DNA of 64,000 nucleotides from an uncultured Candidatus Binatia bacterium (GCA_964291295.2 OZ219754.1:2368001-2432000), one strand, 5' to 3'. Shown: positions 47,046 to 57,111, counted from the first letter of the stretch. Made by a program: numbers and translations. Notes: generated by a model not told the origin, from the sequence alone.

Positions 47046-48725
47046 CTACGCCTCCCGCCGCGATACCAGCAGGTGCAGCCCCAGCGACAGCGCAAGCATC
47101 AGTACGCCGATGACGGCGCCGATGCCGAACTGACCTTCGTCGAAGGCGCGCTGGAAGAGCAGGGTGGAGAGCACCTCGTTGCCGTAGGTGAACAGGATGA
47201 CGGCCCCGGCGAACTCCCGCAGGTAGATCTGGAACAGCAGCACCCACACCGAGAACAGCCCGCTCCGGAGGAACGGGATGACGATGCGCGTGATGGTGCC
47301 CAGTGCGCTGGCCCCCGAGGTCCAGGAGGCTTCCTCGAACTCCTTGTGGAACTGGAACAGGAACGGGCTCAGGGTCCGCAGCGCGAATGGCAGGTAGTTG
47401 CCGATGAAGTAGAGCAGCAGGATCCACAGGGTGCCGTAGACCGGCGTCCGGATGTAGGCCCACACGAAGCCCACCGCCAGGATCGTGCCGGGAAAGGCCA
47501 GCGGCAGCATGGTGGCGGCCTCGATGGGTCCCTTGAGCCTGACGCCGCTGCGCACCAGCAGGTAGCCGACTCCCAGCGCGATGGCGACGGTGGCGGTGGC
47601 GGCGGCGAAGCACAGGATCAGGGTGTTGCCCAGGGCGCGCCAGAAGACCGCGTCTTCCAGGGCCGCGGTCCAGTGGCTGAGGGTGAGCCGGGTCAGCAGG
47701 TCCAGGCTGGGGGAGGCCACGAATTGCGAGAAGGAGAGCAGCACGATCACCAGCGCCGGAAGCACGATCACCACCGCGAAGTAGAGCGTGCAGCAGGCCA
47801 GGGCCAGGTAGCGCCACCGCCCCAGGTGGTGGACGTTCTCGGGTCTGGCCTTGCCGGTGACGGTGACGAAGCGCTCCGCGCGCCTGACCAGATGCCGGTA
47901 GAGGAACAGCGAGATCAGGCTGACGGGGATCACCATCATGGCCAGGGCGGCGGCGGTGTTGTAGTAGACCAGCGACTGGTAGTCCGAGGCGATGATGTTG
48001 AATATGGCGGAGGTGAAGACGAAGATGCCGCCGGGCGCGCCGATGAGGATGGGCACCTCCAGGGTGATGAGGCCGATGACGAACACCAGCAGGAACGAGG
48101 ACAGGATCAGGGGCCGCAGCACCGGCAGGGTCACCCGGCGAAGCGTTCCCATCACCGTGTTGCCGCAGGCCAGGGACTGTTCTTCCAGCGACGGGTCCAT
48201 GAGCCGGAAGGCGTTGAGGGCGATGAGGAAGACGATGGGCGACTCGTAGAGCACCATGATGAAGATCATCCCGGGGAACGAATAGATGTTGAACAGGTGG
48301 GTGCCGAAGAGTTCCCGAAACAGCACGTTGAGGACGCCGATGCGCGGACTCAGCAGCAGGATCCACGCAAGTGCCGCGATGATCACCGGAAAGGCCCGGG
48401 GCACGATCCCCAGCTTGGCGAAGACGGCGCCGCCGGGCATGTCGGTGCGCACCACCAGGAATGCCATGGTGACGCCCAGGAGCACCGAGATGGCCGCCAT
48501 CACGAAGGCGAACACCAGCGAGTTGAAGATCAGCGTGGGGATGTCCGCAGGGATGCTGAGGTTCAGGGCCCGGAACCAGTTGTCAAGGGTGACGTGGCCC
48601 GCGGCCACCGGCGAGGACGACCAGAAGCTGCCGAACACCAGCGCCAGCACCGGGACGAGAATGACGAAGCCGATGACCACCATCAGGAGGGCGTACACGG
48701 CCCTCATGGCCTTCTCGGTGTGCAT
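47046..48725 (-). CDS. Iron(III)-type ABC transporter permease (FbpB-like, fused dimer)
   Basis: 12-TM, RTDMPG, MDPSLEEQS and EFEEASWTSGA EAA loops. Confidence 0.9.
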   Translation of the reverse strand: MHTEKAMRAVYALLMVVIGFVILVPVLALVFGSFWSSSPVAAGHVTLDNWFRALNLSIPADIPTLIFNSLVFAFVMAAISVLLGVTMAFLVVRTDMPGGAVFAKLGIVPRAFPVIIAALAWILLLSPRIGVLNVLFRELFGTHLFNIYSFPGMIFIMVLYESPIVFLIALNAFRLMDPSLEEQSLACGNTVMGTLRRVTLPVLRPLILSSFLLVFVIGLITLEVPILIGAPGGIFVFTSAIFNIIASDYQSLVYYNTAAALAMMVIPVSLISLFLYRHLVRRAERFVTVTGKARPENVHHLGRWRYLALACCTLYFAVVIVLPALVIVLLSFSQFVASPSLDLLTRLTLSHWTAALEDAVFWRALGNTLILCFAAATATVAIALGVGYLLVRSGVRLKGPIEAATMLPLAFPGTILAVGFVWAYIRTPVYGTLWILLLYFIGNYLPFALRTLSPFLFQFHKEFEEASWTSGASALGTITRIVIPFLRSGLFSVWVLLFQIYLREFAGAVILFTYGNEVLSTLLFQRAFDEGQFGIGAVIGVLMLALSLGLHLLVSRREA

Positions 48726-48765
48726 GGGCTCGGTTCTCCGTCCCGTCCCGGAAAGGCCGCCGGCG

Positions 48766-49494
48766 CTAAGCGGTGCGCAGGAGAAAGAGCTGGCCCGAGA
48801 TGTGGCGCGCGGCGTCCGACATCAGGTAGCGGACCAAGCCGGTGATTTCGTCCTTCCGGGTGAATCCTCCCATGAGCGGAGACGCCGCCTGTTTCGCGTT
48901 CCACTGCTCTTCCGACATGCCCGCCCTGGCCATGTCGGTGTCGGTGGCGCCGGGTCCGATGGCGTTGGCGGTGACGTTGCAGGGCGCCAGCTCCATGGCC
49001 AGGGTTTTGGTGAAGGCGATCACCCCGCCCTTGGACGCGGCGTAGTGGGCGCCCAGCCGCTGACCGGTGACGCCCCGGCCCGAGGCGACATTGATGATCC
49101 GGCCCGACTTGCGCCCGGCCATGTGCCGGCCCGCGGCCTGGGAACAGAGGAACAGCCCGGTGAGATTCACCCGCATCACCCGCTGCCATTCCTCCACCGG
49201 CATCTCCAGTACCGGACAGCGCCTGATGACGCCGGCCGCGTTGAGCTGGACGTCGATGTGGCCGTATTCCGCGATGGCCGCCGCGACCATGGCGTCGACG
49301 CTGTGCCTGTCGCCGACGTCCACGCCCAGGGCCAGCGCCTGGCCGCCATCCTTGCCGATCTCCGCAGCCAGCGCCCGTGCCCCCTCATGGTTGAAATCGG
49401 CCACCACGACCCGGTGTCCGTCCCGGGCCAGCCCGCGGCAGACCGCCGACCCGATGCCGCCGGCGCCGCCGGTTACCACAACCACCTGTGACAT
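48766..49494 (-). CDS. SDR family oxidoreductase (FabG-like)
   Basis: TGGAGGIG, NAAG, YAASK and NAIGPG motifs. Confidence 0.92.
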   Translation of the reverse strand: MSQVVVVTGGAGGIGSAVCRGLARDGHRVVVADFNHEGARALAAEIGKDGGQALALGVDVGDRHSVDAMVAAAIAEYGHIDVQLNAAGVIRRCPVLEMPVEEWQRVMRVNLTGLFLCSQAAGRHMAGRKSGRIINVASGRGVTGQRLGAHYAASKGGVIAFTKTLAMELAPCNVTANAIGPGATDTDMARAGMSEEQWNAKQAASPLMGGFTRKDEITGLVRYLMSDAARHISGQLFLLRTA

Positions 49495-49542
49495 GTCATC
49501 TCCCGAGGTTCAGGGACAGGGTATCTCTCTTTCACGCTCCCG

Positions 49543-50271
49543 TCACGGCGTTCGCAACAGGAACGTCTGCCCGGTGATGTAGCGTGCCGCGTCCGACAAG
49601 AGATAGCGTACCAGTCCGGTGATCTCGTCCTTCCGGGTGAGGCCGCCCTGCAACGGCTCCACCGCCCTGATGGCCGCCCACTGCTCTTCGGTGTAGCCGG
49701 CCCGGGCCATGGGCGTCTCCGTCCGTCCCGGACAGATGTTGTTCACCAGGATGTTGTCCGGTGCCACCTCCACCGCCATGGACTTGGTAAAGGCGATGAC
49801 GCCGGCCTTGGAGGCCGCGTAGTGGGCCGAGTAGGGCGCGCCGGCGATGCCCCGGCCGGAAGCGACGTTGAGGATGCGCCCGCGCTTGTGCGGCCGCATG
49901 GCCGCGGCCGCCGCCTGGCTGCAGAGGAACACGCCCCGAAGGTTCACCCGGATCACTCGGTCCCACTCGTCCTCGGTCATGTCCGCGATGGAAAAGCGGC
50001 CCATGAGGCCGGCGAAGTTGATCTGATGGTCGAGTTGTCCGCAGGCGTCCACGGCGCTCCGGACCATGGCCTCGACGCTGTGCTTGTCGCCCACGTCCAC
50101 GCCTGCGGCCATCGCCTCCGCGCCCCGGGATCGGAGCCCGGCCGCCACCGCCTCCGCATCTTCTTTTCTGAAATCGGCGACCACGACCCGAAATCCGTCT
50201 TCGGCGAGCGCGGCGCAGACCGAGGAGCCCAAGCCGCCCGCACCGCCGGTTACGATTACGACTTCCGCCAT
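49543..50271 (-). CDS. SDR family oxidoreductase (paralog of neighbour)
   Basis: TGGAGGLG, NFAG, YAASK and NNICPG motifs. ATG at 50271. Confidence 0.92.
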   Translation of the reverse strand: MAEVVIVTGGAGGLGSSVCAALAEDGFRVVVADFRKEDAEAVAAGLRSRGAEAMAAGVDVGDKHSVEAMVRSAVDACGQLDHQINFAGLMGRFSIADMTEDEWDRVIRVNLRGVFLCSQAAAAAMRPHKRGRILNVASGRGIAGAPYSAHYAASKAGVIAFTKSMAVEVAPDNILVNNICPGRTETPMARAGYTEEQWAAIRAVEPLQGGLTRKDEITGLVRYLLSDAARYITGQTFLLRTP

Positions 50272-50415
50272 GATGATGTGTTCCTCCCTGTGCGCGGTCC
50301 CGGGACACGGAAACCTGGGTGGCGTGCCCTTCGCAGCCAGCCGATCCATATCCCGGCAGTCGGGAAAAGCAAGCGAGAATGCCCGCTTCAACCGTCCCCG
50401 AGTCCGTGGCAGGGG

Positions 50416-50805
50416 TCAGAAATGGCCGGGTCGGTGGATACGGACGGTGGTGCGGTCGAAGCGCCGCCGCAGCCGGCGCTTGAACGCGTTTCGCGTGACG
50501 GGAACGAGCAGCAGGAAGCCGAAGGCGTCCGTGAGTATGCCCGGTGTGATCAGCAACAGTCCCGCCGCCAGGATGATGACTCCATCCAGCATCTCTTCCG
50601 CCGGGACGATGCCCTGGGCGAGGTTTCGCTGGATCTGCCTCAGGGTCCGCAGCCCTTCCAGCCGGGCAAGGATGGCCCCCAGCGCGCCCGTGCCGAGGAC
50701 GAGCAGGATCGTGCTGGGCGCGCCGATGACCGTGCCCACCTCGATGAGAAGATAGAGTTCGATCAGGGGAACGACGGTGAACAGCAGGAGGAGTCGGGCG
50801 AACAT
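50416..50805 (-). CDS. fxsA: FxsA family membrane protein
   Basis: [13 protein letters not shown] and [11 protein letters not shown] motifs. Confidence 0.88.
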   Translation of the reverse strand: MFARLLLLFTVVPLIELYLLIEVGTVIGAPSTILLVLGTGALGAILARLEGLRTLRQIQRNLAQGIVPAEEMLDGVIILAAGLLLITPGILTDAFGFLLLVPVTRNAFKRRLRRRFDRTTVRIHRPGHF

Positions 50806-51274
50806 GGGATCATGGAGAAGCGGGCGGCCTGTTCGGATGGTGCCGGTTGAAAGAGCCGCGCCAGGATGGACAGCGCGCCCGGGCCGGGGCGGCTGGAGTG
50901 CGCGTCAGGGTTCGGCGTCCGTCGAAGCCGCGGGGCAGACCATCACCGCCTCCAGCACCGCATACGCCAGCGCCGCCATGGACGGCCGCGCCAGGTTTGA
51001 TGGCGGCGTCAGGGGTGACGGCGGCCTCCGCGGGCGGCAGGGTAGGGACGCGCATGTGTCGTGTCATAGGGGACCGGACCGGATATTGCAATGGTGCCAC
51101 GGTTCGCGCCCCCTGTCCGAACGGCGCTTGAAAGGCATGTCCGGGTGGTCTATCCTTGTGGACGGCCGGTATGGTACAGACCTGCGGAAGCGCCATCCGG
51201 CGGCCGAGTCCGGCAGTAACATCCGGCAGTCATTTCCGGTGGCGATCCGGTGGCGATTTCGACAGGAGGTTCGG

Positions 51275-51778
51275 ATGCCGATTACCAACAGTCTTCCCGA
51301 GACGGTCTTCACCACCCGGGTCGACGATCTGTTGAACTGGGGCAGGGCGTCGTCTCAGTGGTACATGCTGTTCGGACTGGCCTGTTGCGCCATCGAACTC
51401 ATGCAGACCGGAGGGCCGCGGGCGGACCTGGACCGGTTCGGTTGCGTGCCCCGGGCGACGCCGCGCCAGTCGGACCTCATGATCGTGGCCGGGACGCTGA
51501 CCTACAAGATGGCCAAGCGCACCCGGCTTCTCTACGACCAGATGCCCGATCCCAAGTACGTCATCTCCATGGGAAGCTGCTCCAACTGCGGCGGCCTGTT
51601 TCAGATGGCCTATTCCGTGTGCAAGGGGGTCGACAAGATCGTGCCGGTGGACGTCTATGTCCCCGGGTGCCCGCCGCGCCCCGAGGCCCTGACCGAGGGA
51701 CTGCTGCGGATCCAGGACAAGGTGATGCGTGAGCGCTGGCTGGTCAAGGGTTCCGCGGCCGCGGCGGCTCGTGCATAG
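51275..51778 (+). CDS. nuoB: NADH-quinone oxidoreductase subunit B
   Basis: [26 protein letters not shown] and [12 protein letters not shown] motifs. AGGAGG RBS. Confidence 0.93.
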   Translation: MPITNSLPETVFTTRVDDLLNWGRASSQWYMLFGLACCAIELMQTGGPRADLDRFGCVPRATPRQSDLMIVAGTLTYKMAKRTRLLYDQMPDPKYVISMGSCSNCGGLFQMAYSVCKGVDKIVPVDVYVPGCPPRPEALTEGLLRIQDKVMRERWLVKGSAAAAARA

Positions 51779-51789
51779 GGAGAAGTTGA

Positions 51790-52098
51790 ATGGCAGAGTA
51801 CATCAAGGTCGCAACGACGGATGAGGTGGAACCCGGCGGGTCCAAGCTGGTGGAGGTCCAGGGCCGGCGGGTCGCCCTGTTCAATCTGGAAGGGACTTTT
51901 TATGCCATCGACGACGTCTGCACGCATCGCGGCGCACCGCTCTCCGAGGGAGAGTTGATGGGCAGGGAGGTTCAGTGCCCGTGGCATGGGGCCTGTTTCG
52001 ACGTCACCACGGGCGAGGCCTCCGGCCCTCCGGCGGAGGAGGGCGTGGATACTTTCAACGTCCGCGTGGCGGGGTCCGATGTCGAAGTCGAGGTTTGA
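51790..52098 (+). CDS. Rieske-type [2Fe-2S] ferredoxin
   Basis: CTH...LSEG...CPWHG motifs. Confidence 0.93.
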   Translation: MAEYIKVATTDEVEPGGSKLVEVQGRRVALFNLEGTFYAIDDVCTHRGAPLSEGELMGREVQCPWHGACFDVTTGEASGPPAEEGVDTFNVRVAGSDVEVEV

Positions 52099-52148
52099 CC
52101 CGTTGCCGGCGTGCACCGGGCACCGTTGCCAGAACAAGGAGACAAGCC

Positions 52149-52472
52149 ATGGCGGATGATGTCATCAGCAGGATCGAGGAGCAGGTGAAGAACAATCGGG
52201 TGATGGTCTTCATGAAGGGGACGCCGAACTTCCCGCAGTGCGGCTTTTCGGCCCACACGGTGGAGATCCTGCGCGCCCACAACGCGGAGTTCGAGAGCTT
52301 CGATGTGCTTTCCGACCCCAGCATCCGGGACGGCGTCAAGCAGTACTCGAAATGGCCCACCATCCCGCAGGTCTACATCGACGGCAAGTTCGTGGGCGGC
52401 TGCGACATCGTTCACGAACTGCATGAACGGGGCGAGCTCGGCGAGATGCTCAAGTCCGCCGCCGGGGAGTGA
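52149..52472 (+). CDS. grxD: Monothiol glutaredoxin Grx4
   Basis: FMKGTP..PQCGFS, WPTIPQ and GGCD motifs. Confidence 0.95.
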   Translation: MADDVISRIEEQVKNNRVMVFMKGTPNFPQCGFSAHTVEILRAHNAEFESFDVLSDPSIRDGVKQYSKWPTIPQVYIDGKFVGGCDIVHELHERGELGEMLKSAAGE

Positions 52473-52478
52473 CCTTCC

Positions 52479-52889
52479 ACGCCTTCGCCATACGACGAGA
52501 TAGGCGGGGAACGCCTGCGCCAGGTCATTGATGTCTTCGTGGACCGGCTCTTCGACGACATCATGATCGGCTTCTTCTTCCGCAACGCCGACCGCAGCCG
52601 CATCAAGGAGCTGGAGTTCCAGTTCACAGCCCGCGTGCTCGGCGCGGACATCGAGTACCGGGGGCGTCCCCTGGAACAGGCTCACGCCCCCCACCCCATC
52701 ATGGGCGGACAGTTCGCCCGCCGGCTGCAGATCCTGCGCGAGACCCTTGACGAACTCCAGGTTCCCCGCACCGTGCGCACGGCTTGGCTGGATCATACCG
52801 AGAGCCTGCGCTCCCTCATCACCCGGGACCGGGGTTCGGACTGCGACCCCGCCGAGGCCCGCCGCAAGGCGCTGGGAAAAATCCCGTGA
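52479..52889 (+). CDS. Group I truncated hemoglobin (start codon atypical)
   Basis: YDEIGG, FVDRLFDD..IGFFF, LGA..EYRGR.L..AH motifs. The conserved N-terminus has no ATG/GTG; ACG at 52479 follows GGGGAG. Confidence 0.8.
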   Translation, partial: TPSPYDEIGGERLRQVIDVFVDRLFDDIMIGFFFRNADRSRIKELEFQFTARVLGADIEYRGRPLEQAHAPHPIMGGQFARRLQILRETLDELQVPRTVRTAWLDHTESLRSLITRDRGSDCDPAEARRKALGKIP

Positions 52890-53839
52890 ACGAACCCCGC
52901 GAAGACCGCCTGGTCATGAAGGTCGCGCGGGGCGAAGCCTTCGACCTGGCCCTGTACATCAAGCTCCGGGACCTCGAGACCGGAGAGGTCCACGACGTGC
53001 TGTCGCGGCTCGTGAACGTGGAGCGGGGACACTGCACCTTCTGGACCGAACTGGCGGGGCTCGAGGCGGTGGCGTTGAACCGGGTGGAACGGTTCCGGCT
53101 GGGCGTGCTTGTCCTGTTGCGGAAGCTCTTCGGTGTCCGCATGACTTTCCTCATCCTCGAGGCCATCGAGATATACGGCATCAAAAAGTACTGGACGCTT
53201 TGGGACCACTACAAGGACACGCCGCACGCGCCGAGGATAAAGGGCATCCTGCGGGACGAGTTCGGTCACGAGGACGAGATTGTTGCCGACCTCACCGGCC
53301 GGCGGCTCAACGCCGAACGTGTGCGCGACATCTTCCTGGGCCTGAACGACGGCCTGGTAGAGGTGCTGGGCAGCGTCAGCGGCTTCTACGCCTCGTTCGG
53401 TGATCCCGTCTACGTGCTGGTGGCCAGCCTGACCGTGGCGGCGGCCGGCTCCATCTCCATGGCGGCCGGGGTGCTGGCCTCGTCGCGGTCGCAGCGGGAG
53501 GTTCAGCGCATCGAGAACGCCAAGCGCAACTTCTTCGATCCCGACGCAGGGGCGACCGAGGAGACGCGTCCGCTGGCGGCGGCCGGCGCGGTGGCGGCCT
53601 CCTACCTCCTGGGGGCGACCGTTCCCATCGTGCCGGTGCTTCTCGGCGCGGCCAGTCCGGTCGGATCCATCGTCGTGGGCGGCGTCATGGTGGCGCTGGT
53701 GACCATGACACTGTCGCTCATGTCCGGAATGGAGGTGCGCAGCCGGGTGCTCCAGAATCTGGTGCTGGTGTCGGTGGCGGTTGCCGTGACCTACGCTCTG
53801 GGCACGCTGGTCAAGCACTTCTGGCAGATCACCGTGTAA
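52886..53839 (+). CDS. Rubrerythrin/ferritin-like N-domain + VIT1/CCC1 iron transporter
   Basis: ERGH and EFGHE di-iron motifs, GLNDGLVE, AGSISMAAG. GTGA overlap with trHb. Confidence 0.85.
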   Translation: MNEPREDRLVMKVARGEAFDLALYIKLRDLETGEVHDVLSRLVNVERGHCTFWTELAGLEAVALNRVERFRLGVLVLLRKLFGVRMTFLILEAIEIYGIKKYWTLWDHYKDTPHAPRIKGILRDEFGHEDEIVADLTGRRLNAERVRDIFLGLNDGLVEVLGSVSGFYASFGDPVYVLVASLTVAAAGSISMAAGVLASSRSQREVQRIENAKRNFFDPDAGATEETRPLAAAGAVAASYLLGATVPIVPVLLGAASPVGSIVVGGVMVALVTMTLSLMSGMEVRSRVLQNLVLVSVAVAVTYALGTLVKHFWQITV

Positions 53840-53860
53840 CGGTCGGGTCTCCGAGGCATC

Positions 53861-55420
53861 ATGGACAACCGGGACGGCACATCCGCGTGGGACTATCACG
53901 AGCGCACCAAGCACTCCACCGTGAGCATCCGAAGCGGTCCGCACCACCTGGACTGGGCCAACCAGCCCCATCCCTTCAAGGTTTACGAGAATCTCGATTC
54001 ATTGCCGTTGGAGCCGCATCTGGCGTCGTCCGGCATGCCGGCGCTGCTGGCCCTGTCCCGGTCCGCTGCGGAGCGGGAACGCCAGCCCACCCGGCGGGAA
54101 CTGGGCGATATCCTGTTCCTCTCCGCCGGTGTCACGCGCCGCCGGCGTTATCCCGGCGGCGAGATGCTGTTCCGGGCGGCCGCGTGCACGGGCGCGCTGT
54201 ACCATGTCGATCTCTACGTCGTGGCGGGACCGCTGGCGGACCTCGACGCGGCTGTCTATCATTTCGCCCCCGAGAAGTTCGCCCTGACACCGCTGCGGAC
54301 GGGCGACCACCGCGGCGCCCTGGTGGCGGCCGCCGGCGGCGAGTCGGCGCTGGCTCACGCTCCGCTGGTTCTGGTGCTCGCCTCGACGTTCTGGCGCAAC
54401 AGCTGGAAGTACCGCGATCGCGCTTACCGTCACTGCTTCTGGGACGGCGGCACCATCCTGGCCCACTGTCTCGCGGCGGCCTGCGCACGGGATCTCCCGG
54501 CGCGCGCGGTGATGGGGTTCGCCGACGCTTCGGTCAACCATCTGCTGGGGCTCGATTCCGCCAGGGAGGCGGCGTTGTGTCTCGTGCCGCTGGGCCGGTC
54601 GGCAGCGGTCACGGCGGCTTCCGGTGCGGCGTTGCCGTCCCTGCAACTGGCCACGCGGCCGCTTTCGCGCTCGGACGTGGATTACCCTTCCATCCGGGCG
54701 GTGCACGCGGCGTCGAATCTGGAGAGCGGCGCCGAGGCCCGGAGCTGGCGGCAGGGGGACGCAGCTGAAGGGGATGCGGCTGGAGCGTATGCCGGACCGG
54801 GGGAGGCGGAGGCCCCGGCAGCCGGCGAACGGCTGCTGGAGGTGGCGCCCGAGGCGTCCCTGCCCACCGGCACCCTGGAACAGGTGATCATGCGCCGGGG
54901 CTCCACCCGGCATTTCTCGCACGAAGCGATCACTCTGCCCGAGTTGTCGAACTTGCTGCACTATGCCCTGCGAGGGGTTGCCATGGATGTCGATCCCGCG
55001 GGTTCCCGAATGCTCAACCGGCTCTACCTCATCGTCAACCACGTGGACGGCCTCGTCCCCGGCGCCTACGTCCTGGATCGCCACCGGGAGTGCCTGCAAC
55101 TCCTCAAGGAGGGGGAGTTCCGCAGGGAAGCCGGTTTTCTCGGACTGAGGCAGGAGATTCCCGCCGACGCCAGCGTCAACGTCTACTTTCTGGTTGACCT
55201 CGACCCGGTGCTACGGCATTACGGCAACCGCGGTTACCGGCTGGCGCAGATGGAAGCCGGCGTCGCCGCGGGACGCCTCTACCTGGCCGCCTACGCCCAA
55301 GGTTTCGGCGCCTCCGGGCTGACCTTTTTCGACGACGACGTGACCGCCTTCTTCTCGCCGCACGCCGCGGGCAAAAGCGTCATGTTCCTGATTGCGCTGG
55401 GCCGGCGGCTGAAGCGATAG
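53861..55420 (+). CDS. SagB/ThcOx family (tandem nitroreductase-fold) dehydrogenase
   Basis: YHERTKH, RAAACTGALY, WKYRDRAYRH, RRGSTRHF and YGNRGYR motifs. Confidence 0.87.
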   Translation: MDNRDGTSAWDYHERTKHSTVSIRSGPHHLDWANQPHPFKVYENLDSLPLEPHLASSGMPALLALSRSAAERERQPTRRELGDILFLSAGVTRRRRYPGGEMLFRAAACTGALYHVDLYVVAGPLADLDAAVYHFAPEKFALTPLRTGDHRGALVAAAGGESALAHAPLVLVLASTFWRNSWKYRDRAYRHCFWDGGTILAHCLAAACARDLPARAVMGFADASVNHLLGLDSAREAALCLVPLGRSAAVTAASGAALPSLQLATRPLSRSDVDYPSIRAVHAASNLESGAEARSWRQGDAAEGDAAGAYAGPGEAEAPAAGERLLEVAPEASLPTGTLEQVIMRRGSTRHFSHEAITLPELSNLLHYALRGVAMDVDPAGSRMLNRLYLIVNHVDGLVPGAYVLDRHRECLQLLKEGEFRREAGFLGLRQEIPADASVNVYFLVDLDPVLRHYGNRGYRLAQMEAGVAAGRLYLAAYAQGFGASGLTFFDDDVTAFFSPHAAGKSVMFLIALGRRLKR

Positions 55421-55527
55421 CGCGCCAGGGCCCGTCGCCCTTCCCGTGGGATCATCCCGCGGTCCCGCCCGGAATCGGGGGTCCGGAGATGGGGAGGGCG
55501 TCACCGCGGCGCTGCCCCCGGCCCTCC

Positions 55528-57057
55528 CTACCGCCGGCTCCAGGCCAGCCAACGCTGAAAGATGCGCTTCACCCATGGCGTCAGGCGGGTGCGGTTGAAC
55601 GCGTCGCCGGTCTGCTTGATGGCCTCGGCCTGGGTGGGATAAGGGTGGATGACGTTGGCGATGGTGCCGAGGCCCACCTTCCCGGCCATGGCCAGGGTGA
55701 TCTCGCTGATCATCTCGCCGGCATGGCGCGCGACGATGGTGCCGCCGACGATCTTGTCGGTGCCCTTCCTGACGTGGATCTTGACGAAACCCTCCTCCTC
55801 GCCGTCCGCCAGCGCCCGGTCCACCTCCCTGAACTCCCGTGTGTAGGTGTCGATGGCGACGCCCCGGGCCTCGGCGTCGCGTTCGTACATGCCCACGTGG
55901 GCGATCTCGGGGTCGGTGTAGGTGGCCCACGGCATGATGAGGGAACTCAGCTTCCGGCTCTTGTAGAACAGTGCGTTCTGGATGATGATCCGGGCGGCCG
56001 CATCGGCCGCGTGGGTGAACTTCCAGTCCATGCAGACGTCGCCGCCGGCGAAGATGCGCGGATTGGTGGTCTGCAGGTAGTCGTTGACCACGACGCCGCG
56101 GAATGGATGAAACTCGACGCCGACGCCTTGGAGGTTCAGGCTATCCACGTTGGGCGCGCGTCCGGCTCCCACCAGGATCTCGTCCACCGCCGCCGAGTCG
56201 ACGTTGCCGCCGGCTTCGAAATGGATCACCTTGCGGCCGTTGTCCGTGGTCACCCGTGGCAGCGAGCTGTCGAGCACGAGCTGGATGCCCTCCCGCAGGA
56301 ACTGCCGCTGGACGATGGCCGCGGCATCGGCGTCCTCGCGATTGAGGATGTGGTCGCCGTTGTGGAACAGCAACACTTGGCAGCCCAGCCGCTGGAAGGT
56401 CTGCGCCAGTTCGCAGCCGATGGGCCCGGCGCCGATGACCGCCAGCCGTTCCGGGCGTCGGGTGAGGGAGAAGACGGTCTCGTTGGTGAGATAGCCGGCC
56501 TCCTCGATTCCCTCGATGGGCGGATGCGGCGCCACCGCCCGGGCGCCGGAGGCGATGACGGCCTTCCGGAAATGCAGGGGCTGGCCGTCCACCTCGACGG
56601 TCTCGGGACCGGTGAAACGGGCATTGCCCAGGAACACGTCGACGCCCAGCTCGGTGAAACGCTGCACCGAATCGTGGTGGCTGATGTGGGAGCGGATCCG
56701 GCGCATGCGTTCCATCACCGCGGCGAAGTCCACCTGCACATCGTCGGGCCGGCCGATGCCGAACCGATGGGCGTCCCGGAGTTCCGCCGCCGCGCGGGAC
56801 GAGCGAATGATGCATTTGGACGGTACGCAGCCGACGTTCAGGCAGTCGCCGCCCAGGTAGTGGCGCTCGATCAGGGCGACCTTGGCGCCGAGGCCGGCCG
56901 CGCCCGCCGCCGTCACCAGTCCCGCCGTGCCGGCGCCGATCACCACCAGGTTGTAGCGGTCGGCCGGCGTGGGATTGGTCCAGTCCGGCGGGTGCGTGTT
57001 GGACCCCAGCACCTGGTTGTGTTCATCCTGCGGCGACAGCGGTGGGATGTGACGCAT
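55528..57057 (-). CDS. Pyridine nucleotide-disulfide oxidoreductase (MerA/LpdA-like, no C-terminal Cys pair)
   Basis: GAGTAG, GGDCLNVGCVPSK, GAGPIG and HPYPT motifs. Ends WLAWSRR. Confidence 0.9.
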   Translation of the reverse strand: MRHIPPLSPQDEHNQVLGSNTHPPDWTNPTPADRYNLVVIGAGTAGLVTAAGAAGLGAKVALIERHYLGGDCLNVGCVPSKCIIRSSRAAAELRDAHRFGIGRPDDVQVDFAAVMERMRRIRSHISHHDSVQRFTELGVDVFLGNARFTGPETVEVDGQPLHFRKAVIASGARAVAPHPPIEGIEEAGYLTNETVFSLTRRPERLAVIGAGPIGCELAQTFQRLGCQVLLFHNGDHILNREDADAAAIVQRQFLREGIQLVLDSSLPRVTTDNGRKVIHFEAGGNVDSAAVDEILVGAGRAPNVDSLNLQGVGVEFHPFRGVVVNDYLQTTNPRIFAGGDVCMDWKFTHAADAAARIIIQNALFYKSRKLSSLIMPWATYTDPEIAHVGMYERDAEARGVAIDTYTREFREVDRALADGEEEGFVKIHVRKGTDKIVGGTIVARHAGEMISEITLAMAGKVGLGTIANVIHPYPTQAEAIKQTGDAFNRTRLTPWVKRIFQRWLAWSRR

Positions 57058-57111
57058 CGGTTGGTTCTCCGAGTCCTTGACGACAGTGTCCGCCGAAGCG
57101 TTGCGGCCGGC

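Noticed and set aside
52470-52511. Selenocysteine insertion at the grxD UGA
   Set aside because: The position would be a non-catalytic linker and the apical loop (CCATA) lacks the G expected in bacterial SECIS; kept only as generic read-through or ACG-start hypotheses.
53861-55420. Thiazole/oxazole RiPP cluster implied by the SagB-like gene
   Set aside because: No YcaO, E1-like protein or precursor peptide nearby.
55528-57057. True mercuric reductase merA
   Set aside because: No C-terminal CC pair, no NmerA domain and no mer operon genes.
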